DNA of 64,000 nucleotides. Source: Leucoraja erinacea. Its lineage: Eukaryota. Each line of letters opens with the position of its first letter. The stretch's first letter is position 1. A program made the position numbers and the translations under genes. Below the pieces are notes generated by a model that ran no database searches, was not told the DNA's origin, and saw only the letters and a list, made by a program, of their open reading frames with translations. The stretch spans positions 28,830,001-28,894,000 of the forward strand of contig NC_073393.1 in NCBI RefSeq assembly GCF_028641065.1, in the 5' to 3' direction. Below, piece after piece: positions 50,040 to 61,378 of the stretch.

Positions 50040-50252
50040 GTTAGTCCCATTTTCCCACGTTTGATCCATTTTCTCTAAACCTTTTGTATCCATTTCTTTG
50101 TCCAAATATTCTTTAAACGGTGTCATCGTACATGTCTCAACTGCTTCATCTGGCAGCTCGGTCCACATACCTACCACCCTCTGTGCAAAAAAGCTACCCC
50201 TTCGGTTCCTATGAAAACTTTTCCCCCTTATACTTATGCCCTCTGGTCCTTG
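50040..50252 (-). mobile_element. CR1 3' fragment
   Basis: FFAQRVVGMWTELP...FKEYLD. Confidence 0.72.
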
Positions 50253-51046
50253 AAAAAGAAACGTATTCTTGCACACGATCATAAGTTGGGAAGCTTATAA
50301 CATGATCATAATCAGCTCAACTTAGCTTAGAACATGGAGATATAACACTTGAAATGATCGGCTCTCTTACCAGGGATTCCAATGACAGCAATGTTCACTC
50401 ACCAACATTTTCCTCTCCACTTCTTTGGTTAAAGATTTGATTATGTTCTTCCAATCCATGCTGGCTCTGGTCATCTGAAAAATGTCACAGTATTCATTCT
50501 CATCATTATCATTCACTCTACTCTTCAGTAATTTCTGGACAGGTATTTGGGTTAGGTTGTACATGGTCCTCTGTTTTTATTGACTGTCACATTATATGAG
50601 CATGTTAGTTATCTTAGAAGCAAAAGAGAAAGCTCAGAAATAATATTAATGAAAACTGTTAACGAAAATATCGTTAATGAAATGAAATTAATTGCAGACG
50701 TATTTACTGTAAGTAGCAGGGTAACACATGCAACCTCCAGAAACAGCATGCAAGTTAAGTGTGTTTCAATGATTATCGTCAAGGCAAAATCTATGGATTT
50801 TAATTTGACAAAACTCATAGATGGCGATGGGTATTTGTCACTCTTTCAGTTTCATTATTTTTTTCATTACCCTGATTTATGTTAATTTTGGTCCGTCCCT
50901 GTCGATTAATTGGTATTAGTTTCCTTGATATGTCTGGCCTGCCATCCACTTCCTCTACTGTAATTACTGATGCAAAGCAAGAATTATACATGACTGCAAT
51001 TATTTTTTTTCATTAACAGTTTCATTAATATCATTAATGAATATCC

Positions 51047-51315
51047 ATGGTGACAGTGGCACAGCTGGTAGAACTGCTGTCTCACAGTACCAGAGATTCA
51101 GGTTCGATCCTGACCTCGGGAGGAGTCAGTGTTGAGTTTGCATATTCTCCTGGTAGCTCCACTTTCCTCCCACATCCCAAAGATGAGTTACTTGGCCTCT
51201 GTAAATTGCTTCTAGTGTATAGGGAGTGGATGCAAATGAAGGATAACATACAACTAAAATGAACGGGTTGGTGTGAATTTGGAGGGTCGAATTACCTATT
51301 GCCTTTAAACTAAAC
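51047..51315 (+). mobile_element. V-SINE (HE1-like), degenerate
   Basis: B box ggttcgatcc and body. Confidence 0.72.
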
Positions 51316-51869
51316 TTAATCATTCCTGAGCTGTTTCTTTCATTCTGAAGATATTTGTAACTTCTTGCATTATTTTGATTGCTTTTGAAAATTATATCCT
51401 CTTTTTGAACCTTAATTATCTTTTTATCACCCCAGTCAGATTGATCTGTGTTGGTTATTCTAAGTTTTTTCTTCTGGTTTAAATGTGATTGCTTACCTCT
51501 TTGCTTGTATAGATCCATGGATAACCTATTTACCAAATAGGGCTTCTTAACCTTAAGTAGTAGAATCTTTTTCTACAGTTCATTACATTTATTTTTGAAA
51601 ACCTCCTTGTGATCTCTATTTGTCTTCGCTATGAACAGATTTGTCCATGCTATATTTAAAAATATATATATATTCCAGGTGTGTAGACATCACTGGTAAA
51701 CTACTGATCACTATCCAAAGGTATTTTATTGGTCAAATTCACATACACCTAGGTGTATCCTTTGTTTTCCTTACACATCCTTCTTGGTAGCCACTGATCC
51801 TATGTGAAAATACTCTCATCATGCTCTGCGGAGTTCCAGGGTTTAAAGGTCTCGATGAAAAACGAATTG

Positions 51870-52100
51870 GCAAAGATTTTTTCCCAACTCGGGTTGATAG
51901 GCATATGGAATGAGCTGCCAGAGGAGGTAGTTTAGGCTAGTAAAATATCAACATTTAAAACACACTTGGACAAGTACATGGACAGGAAATGTTTAGAGAA
52001 ATGTGGACCAAATGCGGGCAAATTAGACTAGCTTACATGAGGCATCCTGGTCTGCATGAATGAATTGGGCCTGTTTCAATGCTTATAACTCTATGAGTCT
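51870..52100 (+). mobile_element. CR1 3' end
   Basis: tggaatgagctgccagaggaggtag...gggcctgtttc. Confidence 0.7.
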
Positions 52101-52651
52101 ATGCAGGCAACATTGCAGGGTGTCATTCACTAGCACTTGTTACCTGTTCTATCAGGTTGTTCGAGTCACAGGCTTCACAGTTACTGTTGAAAAAAGCTTG
52201 GCTTCATTGCTGCAAAGAGGCTCCATCTCATCATGAAGAAGTCAGCCTTCCATAAATGTGGAACCTTGGTAAAGGTTTACCTTCCTTGCTTTCACATTGA
52301 ATCCAATCACTTTACGACTGGCAAAGTACTCTACCAATTCTGTCGCAAATATGCACAGAAAGAGGGTCTGCAGCTCAGATGCTGCTTGTCTGCAGAGTTC
52401 CTCCAGTAGTTTGTTTTTCTTGACACAATATTCATACAAGACTTGACAGAGTAGATGCAGAAATTATATTATCCCTGCTTGTGGTGCCTAGAATCAAGGG
52501 GTTTCCGTGACCAAATAAAGGATCAATCATCTAGAACAAACTCGAGAAGAAATGCCTTCAACAGGGGGTATTGGATTTTAGGAACCTTCCACTCATATGG
52601 GATGGGGAGCCCCCTTTCACTGAATATATTCATGACAAGAGATTTTTATAC

Positions 52652-52803
52652 ACAGGCACCTTGTGCTTTACGCGTATTTGATTCATGCATTTTTTAAATA
52701 ATGCGCGTATTTAATTAATACGTTTATATGTTTAAATATATATGTTTAAATGAGGTGTTTGTGAATGACGCACTGCTTTTCAGGAACATAATCCTCGCCT
52801 GTA
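52652..52803. mobile_element. Possible Tigger/pogo-type MITE remnant
   Basis: caggcacc... and ...ggaacataatcctcgcctgta termini; CpG-containing AT-rich interior. Confidence 0.35.
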
Positions 52804-53422
52804 TTAAGAAATGAAAGGATATAGAGAAAGTACAGGAAAAAGTTAAGAGTCAAGTGTGTTTAATTGTCATGTGTACCAAAACAGAACAAAGAAACTCGTG
52901 CTTGCAACAGCATCACAGGTCTGTAAACACAGAACTCAATAGATGCCATAATTTTTTTAAAGTTCAATAAATAAAATAAAACCCAATATGAGAGCAAAAT
53001 AAAACTAAAGCCTGAAATACCACTGTGGTAAATTATCAACTGTGATCTTATTAAATGATGGACCAGCAACCGATGGCTGAATGATTATTTAAGCTTCCAT
53101 TTGTTGTTTTTTGCCACTATTATATTAGTTCTAGAATAGTCAACTTCAGAAAACAGTGCAGCAGTGCTTAAGTAATGTGCTATTTTTTAAGACTTGACCT
53201 TTATTGGTTATCCACATATTTTACTTCGGAGTCACGTGAGTGACTACGTGAAGAACCCCGCCAGGACGCATGCGTGTCATATCGCTAAACGCATTGCGAA
53301 ACAGTCAGGCGCGGTGGAACTACGTTGCCCCGCAGCAGCAGTTTTAAAAGCCAGAACCTGCAGGTAAGAGATACTCTGCGGTCTTTTGTGTTTTCCCATA
53401 CTGATTTACAGGTGGGGAGTCA

Positions 53423-53920
53423 ATGGAGAAGTCAAAGAAAACAACGAGGGCTGCGACAAAGCTGGTGGGGGAGGACCGCGGAGTAGCGGGCAGCCAGCAG
53501 CGGCCAGCGGCACATGAATCACCCATAATGGGAACAGCTGTGCCCGATGTCGCCTCCGTACCGGCCAGATCCACTCCGCGGCCGGGCGGTAAGGCAAAAC
53601 AAAAAACCAACAAAGTCGTGGACTCAGATGAGTCCGACTTAGAGCAGCCGCGAGCGGCCAGCGACCGTGAGCGATGGAGCAGGATGGAGCGGTGTGTGGA
53701 GCACTTGCTCCAACGTGACAGGCTCCGGGAGATGGAGTCTAGTCACTGTGGGCACTATGTAAAACCCACAGCAGCACATCTTGTAGGGCTGCACAGTGCA
53801 TCTCCCTTGTCGGAGGGGAGTACTGGGGGTCAGTTCTGGGCTGATCCTGAAGAGGGGTTTGCAGAAGAGAAATCAAGTGTGCAGGGGGTGCAGGAACGTG
53901 AAAATCTACTGGACATCTGA
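53423..53920 (+). pseudogene. DIRS ORF1 (gag-like) N-terminal fragment truncated at the deletion breakpoint
   Basis: First long ATG ORF after the left ITR; low-complexity N-terminus; stops where MT-tail homology begins. Confidence 0.6.
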
Positions 53921-54083
53921 TACACAACATGGTATTAGAACCATGTATCACCATCCCGAATAGACCAGATTTATTGGTTCATCCCGTAACAAGGAATAGC
54001 CACCCATGCCATAACTATATGAATTTATTAATTTGTAGAGTCAAAAAATACCTCTACTACAGCTGGGACTGACGGACCGAACA

Positions 54084-54986
54084 GTGAACATGATTTCGGC
54101 GGCCCACAGACAGTCCACCAAAAAACAGTATCTGGTCTATATCAGGAAATGGGAGATGTATTGTCACAGAAACAGCATCACCTACAGATTAATGAACATC
54201 TCGTCTGTTCTGGAATTCCTGGCAGGCCTCCATTATGATGAGGGGCTCAGTTATAGTGCCATCAACTGCGCCAGAAGTGCCCTATCAACTTATCTATGGC
54301 AAGGAACAGAGCGTCATTCTGTTGGGACTCACCCCCTGGTAACAAAACTTATGAGGGGAATTTTTAATACCAATCCCCCAAGAACCAGGTACTCTCAAAT
54401 ATGGGATGTATGTATTGTCCTGACTATGCTCAGGAATTGGTCTCCATCAACAGCTCTGTCCCTACATAGACTGACATAAAAAACATTCATGCTAATGGCT
54501 TTGGTCACAGCACAAAGGGTACAGTCGTTACATAAATTAAGACTGGACAACATGACTTCTTCATCTGGAAATATTACGTTTCATATTTATGAATTAGTTA
54601 AGCAGAACAGACAGGGATCAGCAGGCCTCAATATAGAATTTAGGTCTTACCCAACAGATGATCGTCTCTGTATAGTAAGACATTTGTTGTTATACATGGA
54701 GAACATGAAAATCATCAGAGGCAATGAGAAGGCACTTTTAATCAGCCACAAGCAACCACACAAAAAAGTGAAGGTCCAGACCATCTCAAGATGGCTGAAA
54801 CAGGTTCTAATACAGGCTGGGGTGGATACTAATATTTTAAAATCTCATTCCACCAGGACTGCAGCTCATTGGCAGCTATGCAGTTGGATGTACCAATGGA
54901 CCAAATGGTCAGGGGAAAAAAAACATTCCAACTATTTTATCATAAACCAGTCATTAAACCTGGAACGTTTGCAGAAACAATTTTAA
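54084..54986 (+). pseudogene. DIRS tyrosine recombinase with in-frame stop (54477-54479) and C-terminal frameshift
   Basis: STKKQYL, GLSYSAINCARSALS, HPLVTKLMRGIFN, TAQRVQ, ISRWLK, HSTR; homologous to 1659-2646. Confidence 0.9.
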
Positions 54987-56100
54987 GTTCTGTAATTTAA
55001 TTTACCCCATAAATAGGGGCTATAATTTGGTGTTAATAAATTTTCATGGATTTCAATGTCGGATTCATGTCTAAATTATGTTGACACAATTCCTCCCACA
55101 GTCATTAAGGCAGATGTGATGCATGGACTCGTTTCCACGGCATGAAATCTCAGAGCTTTGAAATCTTCACGTAGTCACTCACTTGACTCCGAAGTAAAAT
55201 AGTAAGATTAAACGCGAACTTACCAGTTCGAAGTTTGATCGTTATTTTATGAGGAGTACGTTGAGGGAATACGTGCCCTCCGCTCCCACCCATGATCATA
55301 TACTCAACTGGTATTTCTTCTCTAATCTTACTATGTTCAGTCATTACAGTTATCTGTGATTTCACACTGCTGCTTTGAAGAATGACATGCATGGGTCCTG
55401 GTGGGGTTCTTCACATATTCCCTCAACGTACTCCTCATAAAATAACGATCAAACTTCAAACTGGTAAGTTCTCGTTTTATTAACTCCCCAGAGTAGTTTC
55501 AGGGATAAATATAGTGTCCTTATTTAAAAAAGGATGCTAAAAGTATCGAAAATCTGAATTAGTCCGTTGCCAAAGACAATAGGTTTCCATCAACTACGGG
55601 CAGATGTCAGCCACATTGATGTGGTTCCATTGGTAAAGGAATGTATAAAAAAAAGCAAAGAGAATGAACGACAGTTTCAAAAGAAAAGAAAATATTGCAT
55701 AACATGGTAAAAATCTGTTGGGTTTCAAACCAAATCTTGATCTGTGAAGGTCATGAGCTGGTCACATGATACACACCAAGCATATATCAGGAAAAATCTG
55801 TGGGACTGGGGGACATTTCCAATATGCACATTACTTCCCTAAACTTAAAAAAAAATCAAACAGCTGCTGTTTCTCATAGCCACATAACCAAATAGCTTGT
55901 TATGCAGTTGGTGTCGCAAGAAGGTTCATTGCCCATGAATTGTTGAAAGTTACTTTGCAAACTTCAGCTCAAGTGTTATCGTGCAGGTGCAGCAATTCAC
56001 AATAAGGTCTAGTGGTTTTTTTTAAAATTTCCAATTTAGTGGCATAATCCTTTAGTTGTTGAAAGATTATTTTTGACAAGCAGTGGATCTTTATATTGCT

Positions 56101-56402
56101 ATTTAGTTTAGAGATAGAGCATGGAAACAGGCCCTTCGGCCCACTGAGTCCACACTGACCATCGATCACCCTTTCACGTCGGTAATATGTTTTCTTTCTC
56201 CCTGAACACAAGGGGCAATTGACAGAGGCAAATTAATGTACAAACCCACATGTCTTTGGGATGTGGAAAGAAACTGGACCACCCTGATGAGACCCACAGG
56301 GAGAATGTGCAAGCTCCACACAGACGGCATCCGAGGTCAGGATTGAACACGGCATCCCTGGCATGTGAGGCAGCAGCTCTACCAACTGCGCCATGGTGCC
56401 AC
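56101..56402 (-). mobile_element. V-SINE (HE1-like)
   Basis: Full family structure. Confidence 0.83.
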
Positions 56403-57065
56403 ACTGTAAACTTTATTTAAAAGTTGCTTGTATTTCGAAAGATTTAATGCAGATCTTACCGTGACATACTGTAATTAATCATGAGCAGTTGATTGTGCGT
56501 TAATCAGGATTGCGGATTGTACAATCATTATGCCAGCATGCAAAGATTTACAAATCCAAACTATGTTCTGAAGCTAAAATGAGGGTATTGTGTTAGTGAG
56601 GACAATGAGGTGTCTTGGAATATTGCCCTTCACAAATACAGATGGCAGATGGCAGAAAACTGATAGAAAAATCAGAAAATGCTGGAAGAACTCGGCAGGT
56701 CAGGAAATATCCATGAAAGAAAAATGATTATGATTTCAGGTCTGGGAACCTTCATTCGATTTGAGTTAGGATTTACCTCAGCTCAGCCTGTTGCTCAGTT
56801 GGAAAGGTAGACCAGTGTGAAAGGTGTTATTGGCGTCAAAGGCAGATTGGAAAAAAGGTCAATTTTGGAGGGAGAAAACACAAGACATTGCAGATGCTGG
56901 AATCATGAGCGAAAAAATCAAGGGCTGGAGGAATTCAATTGGTCAGGCAACATCTGTGGAGGGAAATGGACAGATGATGTTTCAGCTCAGGAATCTTCAT
57001 CACATCATCTATCCATTTCCCTTCACCAGATGTTGCCCTGATCCACTGAATTCCTCAGGCAGTTT

Positions 57066-57953
57066 CAAGAGAGTCAAGAGTCAAGAGTCAAGAGTCAATT
57101 TAATTGTCATTTGGACCCCTGGAGGTCCAAACGAAATGCCGTTTCTGCAGCCATACATTACACCAAATAGACCCCAGACACAACATAATTACATTTTACA
57201 TAAACATCCATCACATAGCTGTGATGGAAGGCCAAAAAACCTTATCTCTCCACTGCACTCTCCCCCCCCCCCCCCCCCCCCCCCCCGATGTCAGTCAGAG
57301 TCAAAGTCAAAGCCCCCGGCTGGCGATGGCGATTGTCCCGCGGCCATTGAAGCCACGCCGGGTGGTGCGAGGTGCACACCGGGTCTTGGTGTTGGAGCCC
57401 CCGGGAAAATCCCGCGGCCATTCCAGCCGCGCGGGGCAGTGGTGTCAGGCCCCGCTCCAGGAGCTCTTCAACCCCGCAACTCGGGCGGGAGAATTCGCCG
57501 TTGCAGGAGCCCCGAAAAGCGGTCTCCCTCCAGGGATCCGCGGGCTCCCGGTGCCGCCGTCCGCAGACCCGCAGTAGCAGCCTCCGACTCAGCAGCAGCA
57601 GCGGCATCGGCAGCAGCAGCAGCGCTCCTCCACCGCTCCACCCGCTCCGGACTCGGCCAGCCCCGCGACGGCAACGGTGAGTAGCACGAGAGTCCCCGGC
57701 TTCTTCCTGTTGGAGGCCGCTCCTCGTTGCGGCCCCAACGACAACGGAAACCCGACGAGAAAAGGTCGGGTCTCCCGTGCAGGGAGAGATTTAAAAAGTT
57801 CCCCCTCCCTCCCCCCCCACCCCACCCCCACCCCCCCACACACACACCCCAACAAAAAAATAACAAAAACTACATTAAAACACAGACAGAAAATAATAAA
57901 AACGCGGACAGACTGCAGAGGCCGCTGCTGGCCAGAGCCGCGCCGCCCACCGG
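57066..57953 (-). mobile_element. CpG-rich non-autonomous non-LTR retroposon with Rex1/L2-type 3' tail
   Basis: (TCAAGAG)n tail at 57066-57097; hairpin tttggacc-cctgga-ggtccaaa; GC-rich 5' part; 5-bp TSD AGTTT (57061-57065, 57954-57958). Confidence 0.75.
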
Positions 57954-58154
57954 AGTTTGTTGGAATTGGAGTAAATTCAAGTCAATTGAAAAGCAATAAA
58001 ATACAAATGAAGCAGAATTATTTTTACTGGTGGGATAGACTCAAAAATATGAATAGCCTTCTCCTGTTCCCATGTTCCTGAAAAAGAGTCCCTTCCTTCA
58101 TCAAAAGTACCTTCCACTTGGTCAGAGAGCAACAACCCAACTAAAGAGTTACTT

Positions 58155-58275
58155 CAATTCTGATGATGTTTCCTGGACTTGAAACGTTAATTGTTTCTCT
58201 TTCCACAGTCGCTGCCTGACCTGCTGTGTTCTTCCAGTGTTTTCTGTTTTTACTTCATATTTTCAGCAGCTGCAT
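58155..58275 (+). mobile_element. Older Penelope-derived repeat with hammerhead-like core and intact stem I
   Basis: CAATT-CTGATGA-...-GAAACGTT-AATTG (58155-58193) followed by the gctgcctgacctgctg family tail. Confidence 0.6.
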
Positions 58276-58809
58276 CTGTTCAAGAACATTTTTGTACCTC
58301 AAATTAACCAACTGCACTTGAGAGAAGGGCAACAGGGAGCAGTATATTCTACTGGGAACCTTTGATATTGTTAGGCTTCCTCTTGGATGACAAAGAGTGG
58401 AGCGCCCTGAATGAAGTACATTTACTCAGAATAATAGTAATCATAGTTTGTGGCATTGGGTTTCTGCACACCAATTGTGAAGCGGCAAAGATTAGTTATT
58501 GGCAATTAAAAAAAAATGCCTATGGCTCTTAAATGTGAAGAGACACAGAGGGCAAATTGAGGGCTGGAGGGCAATAAAGAAGCTGAGATCTTGCTGTGAC
58601 AACCAAGGCCATGTGGGATATGTTAAAACTGGAAACCTCCTGGAGACGATGCAATGAGAAATTCATCACGGCAAACTGTAAATTGAATTTGATAATTACA
58701 ACTAAGGAAGAGAGCTTGTCAATTCCTCAGGGCTTTCAGTCTCGTATAATAGCCTCTAAGATCCTCGCAACATGATACAGGCTTTTGGCAAGCTTCAAAC
58801 ATCAACATG

Positions 58810-59110
58810 GTCATACAGTCATACACTACAGAAACGGGCCCTTCGACTTCAACTTGTCCATGCCGACCAAGGTGCCCCATCTACACTAGTTCCATTTGCT
58901 AGCATTTTGGCCCTATCAATTTAAACCTTTCCTATCCATGTACCTGCCTTTTAAATGCAGTTATAGTACCTACCTCAACAGCCTCCTCTGGCAGCTTGTT
59001 CCATATACCCACCATATACCCAGAGTGAAAAATTTGCCCCTCAGGTTCCTATTAAATTTTTCCCCTCTCACCTTAAACCTCTATCCTCTGGTTCTTGATT
59101 CCCCCATCAT
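58810..59110 (-). mobile_element. CR1 3' fragment
   Basis: Family 3'UTR and cctctggcagcttgttccat body. Confidence 0.78.
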
Positions 59111-60253
59111 GAGGAAAAAACATGCATCTACCCCAGTTATTTAGTCCATGCAAGTCTTTCCTTTACTTGATCAATTTGGTTGAGTCAATGTTTCAGGTCA
59201 CCGATCTTTCGGCAGAACTGTGAAATGTTACGTTTGGAGTTGCAGAGAAGAGTGAGGGATGGAGAGGAAAGAGAGAAGGTCTGTGATGGAATAGAGATTG
59301 GAAAGAGTGAATTACATAAATGCGGGGAAAGGATTTTGACGCTGTTAAGTGCATCTGACTAAGGCATTGGGAGGATGTGTCAATGAAAGGATATGAATAT
59401 GAAGAGAAGAGAGGGAAAAAAAATATCGCTCCAACCATGAGACACAAAACAATGCGGTTCCTGGAATTTCATGTAAAAAAGAATGTTCAAAATACCTAGC
59501 AGCATCTGCGGAATTAACGTTAAAGATAATGACCCAAAATTGTTTCAGTACATTTCACCACTAGCATCTATCCAATAATGCATACTTATTTCTGGTCTAC
59601 GAGAAGTAAGTTCAATTTGGCAACTTGCCCCTTTGCTCTCCCACTAGGCCACCCTCAATCAGTGACGTAATGGAGGAAGTTGTCAATTGGCTGTCAGGAT
59701 CGAACCTGGGTCTCTGGGGCTCTGAGGCTGCAGCTCTACCAGGTGCGCCACTGTGTCAGAAGTTGTCAATAAGATTGCTGCCAGGTGCACTCTGTTCCAG
59801 ATCTCAGCGTAGTCTTGGTCCAGACATGGTCAAAGGAGCAGAATGGAATTCTAGAGTAAAGTACATTGAAAGAGACTGCCCCAATATGAAGGTGACACTT
59901 GACTACAAATTTGCCAAGGAGCCCAATGACTAAAAGTATATCCTTCTTCCAAATAGTGCCTATAATGCAGTAAAAGCAATGCAGTGTGACGAAGGAGAAT
60001 GGTTAAAAGAAAGATTAAAAATGATAAGAGTAGACCAGAGTGTAGCTCCCATAGCTCAGAGCCTTAGCAACCAATGTCTGAAGATGGATTGATGAACAGA
60101 CTTTAATGATCAATGATACACCAAATAATTCACATATATACATGTGCAGAGGTGCAACCTTTCGGCATTGTTACTGACTGGGATCAGCAGAGGGAGCTCT
60201 GGTTAAATTTGCCTTTTTAAATCTGTTGAATTACTTAAAGTTGCATCCTTAAG

Positions 60254-60548
60254 TTTAGTTTAGATTTTGGAGGTGCACCTTGGTAACAGGCCCTTCAGCC
60301 CACTGAGTCCACGCTGACCATCGTCCACCCATTCACACTAGCTTTATGTTATCCCATTCCTTACAAACTAGGGGGAATTTACAGAGGCCAACTAACCTGC
60401 TTGGGCTGTGGGTGGAAACCGAAGCAGCTGAAGGAAACCCAGGCGGTCACAAGCAGAACTGGCAAACTCCACACAGAGAGCACCCAAGATCCTGGGTCTC
60501 TGGCGCTGTGAAGCAGCAGCTCTACCAGGTGCGCCACTCTGTCGCCCT
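60254..60548 (-). mobile_element. V-SINE (HE1-like)
   Basis: Family structure. Confidence 0.78.
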
Positions 60549-60637
60549 TAAAGCAGCTGGTTTGAAATAACCAAACTTGGCAAAGTTTTTTTTTAAATTC
60601 AGTAACTGGAAGTGGGCATCAGCAGCCAGGTCAGTAT

Positions 60638-61378
60638 AGGGAGGTTGCACGTAAGGTCATCGGGTCAAAGGACGTGATGCACGGAGCAGCACAATCCATC
60701 TGGAGGACATGGCAGCTTCCGGCATACAATGCTAACATACGAAATGCGTACTTTTTTACCTGTTAAAAACTGCCAAAATGGTCAATTTTTGCGCTGTAAA
60801 TAATTGTGGAGGGTGACTGAGTGCTCTGAACCAAATGCTCTAGTATCTTTGCTCTGAACCCAAGCACCAAGGTGTAAGCGGCCGAAGGAGCGCATCCCTC
60901 AGGGCAGCCCCCACACCTCCCCTAGGGTCAGCGCTGTCCAGCTATGGCCATGGCATCCCTTCGCCTACCCTCTCCTGTGCGGCCGCACTGTCACGGGCTG
61001 TGGGTCGGCAGCGCCCACACACAGGGCTGGGTGGAGCGGGGCCACGGCTCCGGGCAGCGGACACATGGAAACAAAAACCCGGTAACGTCCCCGTCAGCTG
61101 CAACAGAGTTGGGGACAGTCTGGTCCCTCCGCCCACCCAGAGTCACTGACCACGCTGCATCGGCAACCCCCACCCCCGGCCGCGGGGTTAGACGGCCCGG
61201 GGTCCGCGAGTGTGGAACCATTCAGCTTGAAGTCCAGATGCTGGGACAGAAGACGGGACTGTTACAGTGGGAACCATGGGAAGTGCTGACCTGCAGTTCA
61301 CCTCGTGTACTCCAGTTGGCGTTGCGTGGCAACAGTATGGGTCACGGGTCATGACCTCGACTGCAGTGCAACCTCCCT
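60638..61378. mobile_element. Non-autonomous DNA transposon (741 bp), ISL2EU/PHIS-like
   Basis: Perfect 13-bp TIRs AGGGAGGTTGCAC / GTGCAACCTCCCT flanked by AT on both sides; removing the element and one AT restores host cagtatttac. Confidence 0.8.

Larger units (their letters stand above)
53219..55479 (+). mobile_element. Internally deleted DIRS1-type element with both termini (about 2.26 kb)
   Basis: Left end TTTTACTTCGGAGTCACGTGAGTGACTACGTGAAGA matches ICR 55164-55200 in reverse complement; lITR 53248-53280 pairs with rITR 55382-55414; rE about 55412-55477 pairs with ICR 55208-55275. Confidence 0.92.

Noticed and set aside
56824-58081. Long overlapping Pro/Ala/Arg-rich ORFs (e.g. 286 aa)
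   Set aside because: Open on several frames and both strands because of high GC; they cross repeat boundaries and show no domain motif.
60942-61354. 136-aa and other ORFs inside the TIR element
   Set aside because: GC-rich chance ORFs without DDE, THAP or other transposase motifs.
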